64,000 nt of DNA, taken from positions 3,510,436 to 3,574,435 of the forward strand of contig SMSO01000031.1 in NCBI GenBank assembly GCA_004764695.1, in the 5' to 3' direction. Both the position numbers and the translations under genes were made by a program. Below are positions 62,846 to 64,000 of the stretch, piece after piece; within the stretch, counting starts at the first letter, position 1; every line of letters starts with the position of its first letter. A model generated the notes under the pieces. The model was not told the DNA's origin and searched no databases. It saw only the letters and a program-made list of their open reading frames with translations. Source of the stretch: Schizochytrium sp. TIO01 (taxonomy: Eukaryota > Protista > Bigyra: Labyrinthulomycetes).

Positions 62846-63132
62846 TGTGTGACTTAGTTATTTATATACTTTGCAAAGGTGAGGTAAAACTAAAATGTGT
62901 CAAGTAAATCAATCTCGGCGCAGGTAGGTAGGGCCTTCCTAAGCAAATGACTAGCAGTGAAAAAAAGGGTCGGGTTCTCTTTTTTTTTCCTTTTTTCCTT
63001 TTTTCCCCTTTTTTCCCTTTTTTCCCTTTTTTTTTTTTTTTTTAATTTTAAATTTTAAATTAAGTTTCGCTCTTTTCGGTTAAAAGAACAAAGTGTGACA
63101 AAAGGAGTTAGTTCGAGTTGATAATCGGATTA

Positions 63133-63812
63133 ACGATCTACGATTTCTCTTGGTTCAAGTTCGCTTTCCTCCTTTGCGAAATCAATCGAAGATCGCAGTC
63201 GTTCCATCGAACCGGTCCGCCGACCAAGTCGACCTCCCTTTTCCCCACGCCTTACGAGACCCGGCAGCGACCATGTCGATGCGCCGACTGAGCTGTGCGC
63301 GTGTCGAAGAATGCGTTTTGCAGAAGATCTTGAAGAAAGTATTTCCACATATGACAATGATGGCAAAGTAATCAATGGGAAAAGCTGAAAGGTAAATTTA
63401 TTTTAGGCATTTTAATTTTAATTTAATTAAAAAAATTAAAAATAAAAAAACTATCAAAAAAACTATCAAAAAAAAGAAGTTAGAGATACAATGAGAGTTG
63501 AGTCAACTTATTGATGCGAATGAAGAACTGACGTCCTCGCAGAACCAAGCTCAGCAGTACGAGTTGATCAACGCCATCGTCGAGGACGTCACGGCGAAGA
63601 AGCCCAGAGAAGCCGACCTGCTCGCCTGCAGGAGGTCGAGGGCGAAAGTGATTGAGGTCACAGGCACCAGGTCTGGCTGCCTGGGTGGGTAAACTTGGAG
63701 CTAGCTCGAAGAACCATGCATGCTTCGAGGCTGCGAAGGACGCGAGGACTCTGAGGACCTCGAGACCTGCTCCGGAAGGAGGGCTGCGCAAGCGGCAGCC
63801 TTCGCGACTTGA
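63133..63812 (+). pseudogene. Possible decayed gene fragments flanking an AT-rich intron-like segment
   Basis: Two coding-like blocks (..MRFAEDLEESISTYDNDGKVINGKS* and SQLIDANEELTSSQNQAQQYELINAIVEDV..) separated by GTAAAT..TAG (63392-63483). In-frame stops; no recognisable family. Confidence 0.25.
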
Positions 63813-64000
63813 AGAACCTGGGCGACGTCTCACGCCTGCCTGCCGTGCAAACTGATCTGCTCATCAGCCGTGAACGAACGAACAACGCTGCTGGTTCTCA
63901 AGGGATGGATGGATGGATGGATGGATACCTAGGTACGCGTGGATGCCGTCGATGCCGTCGGTGTACGTGTAAAGGCCCAAGAAGAACGGCCTCGGCCTCG

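Overview
Gene-dense, intron-poor eukaryotic DNA with about 20 single-exon protein-coding genes separated by AT-rich, microsatellite-laden spacers ((GCAA)n, (TGAA)n, (CATT)n, (AATC)n). The style suggests a stramenopile protist, most likely a thraustochytrid/labyrinthulomycete (inference). Recognisable genes: 3' part of a two-pore channel, SLC38-type amino-acid transporter, mitochondrial SAM carrier, PNGase A, CML21-like EF-hand protein, V-ATPase subunit D, anoctamin-like protein, class I methyltransferase, pyrimidine 5'-nucleotidase, TPR protein, HSL-family hydrolase, NAPRT, NDUFAF5, a ZC3H15/Tma46 (DFRP1) homolog, a CSPP1/CCDC66-like repeat protein, an IQ-ARM protein, PRA1 and a 2152-aa Pmp-repeat/multi-TM surface protein. 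Two things stand out. (1) An ORF-less locus at ~51960-53800 folds by eye into a large multi-branched RNA on the + strand. It has a ~1 kb domain closed by long-range helices, two further ~230-nt domains and a possible microsatellite-containing intron, and matches no RNA family I can recognise. (2) The ZC3H15/Tma46 homolog is split by a +1 frame change at ACC_UUU_C (programmed frameshift or assembly indel) and appears to carry an OB-fold-like domain where the CCCH fingers normally lie. All structure calls are manual base-pairing; no folding or homology software was run.
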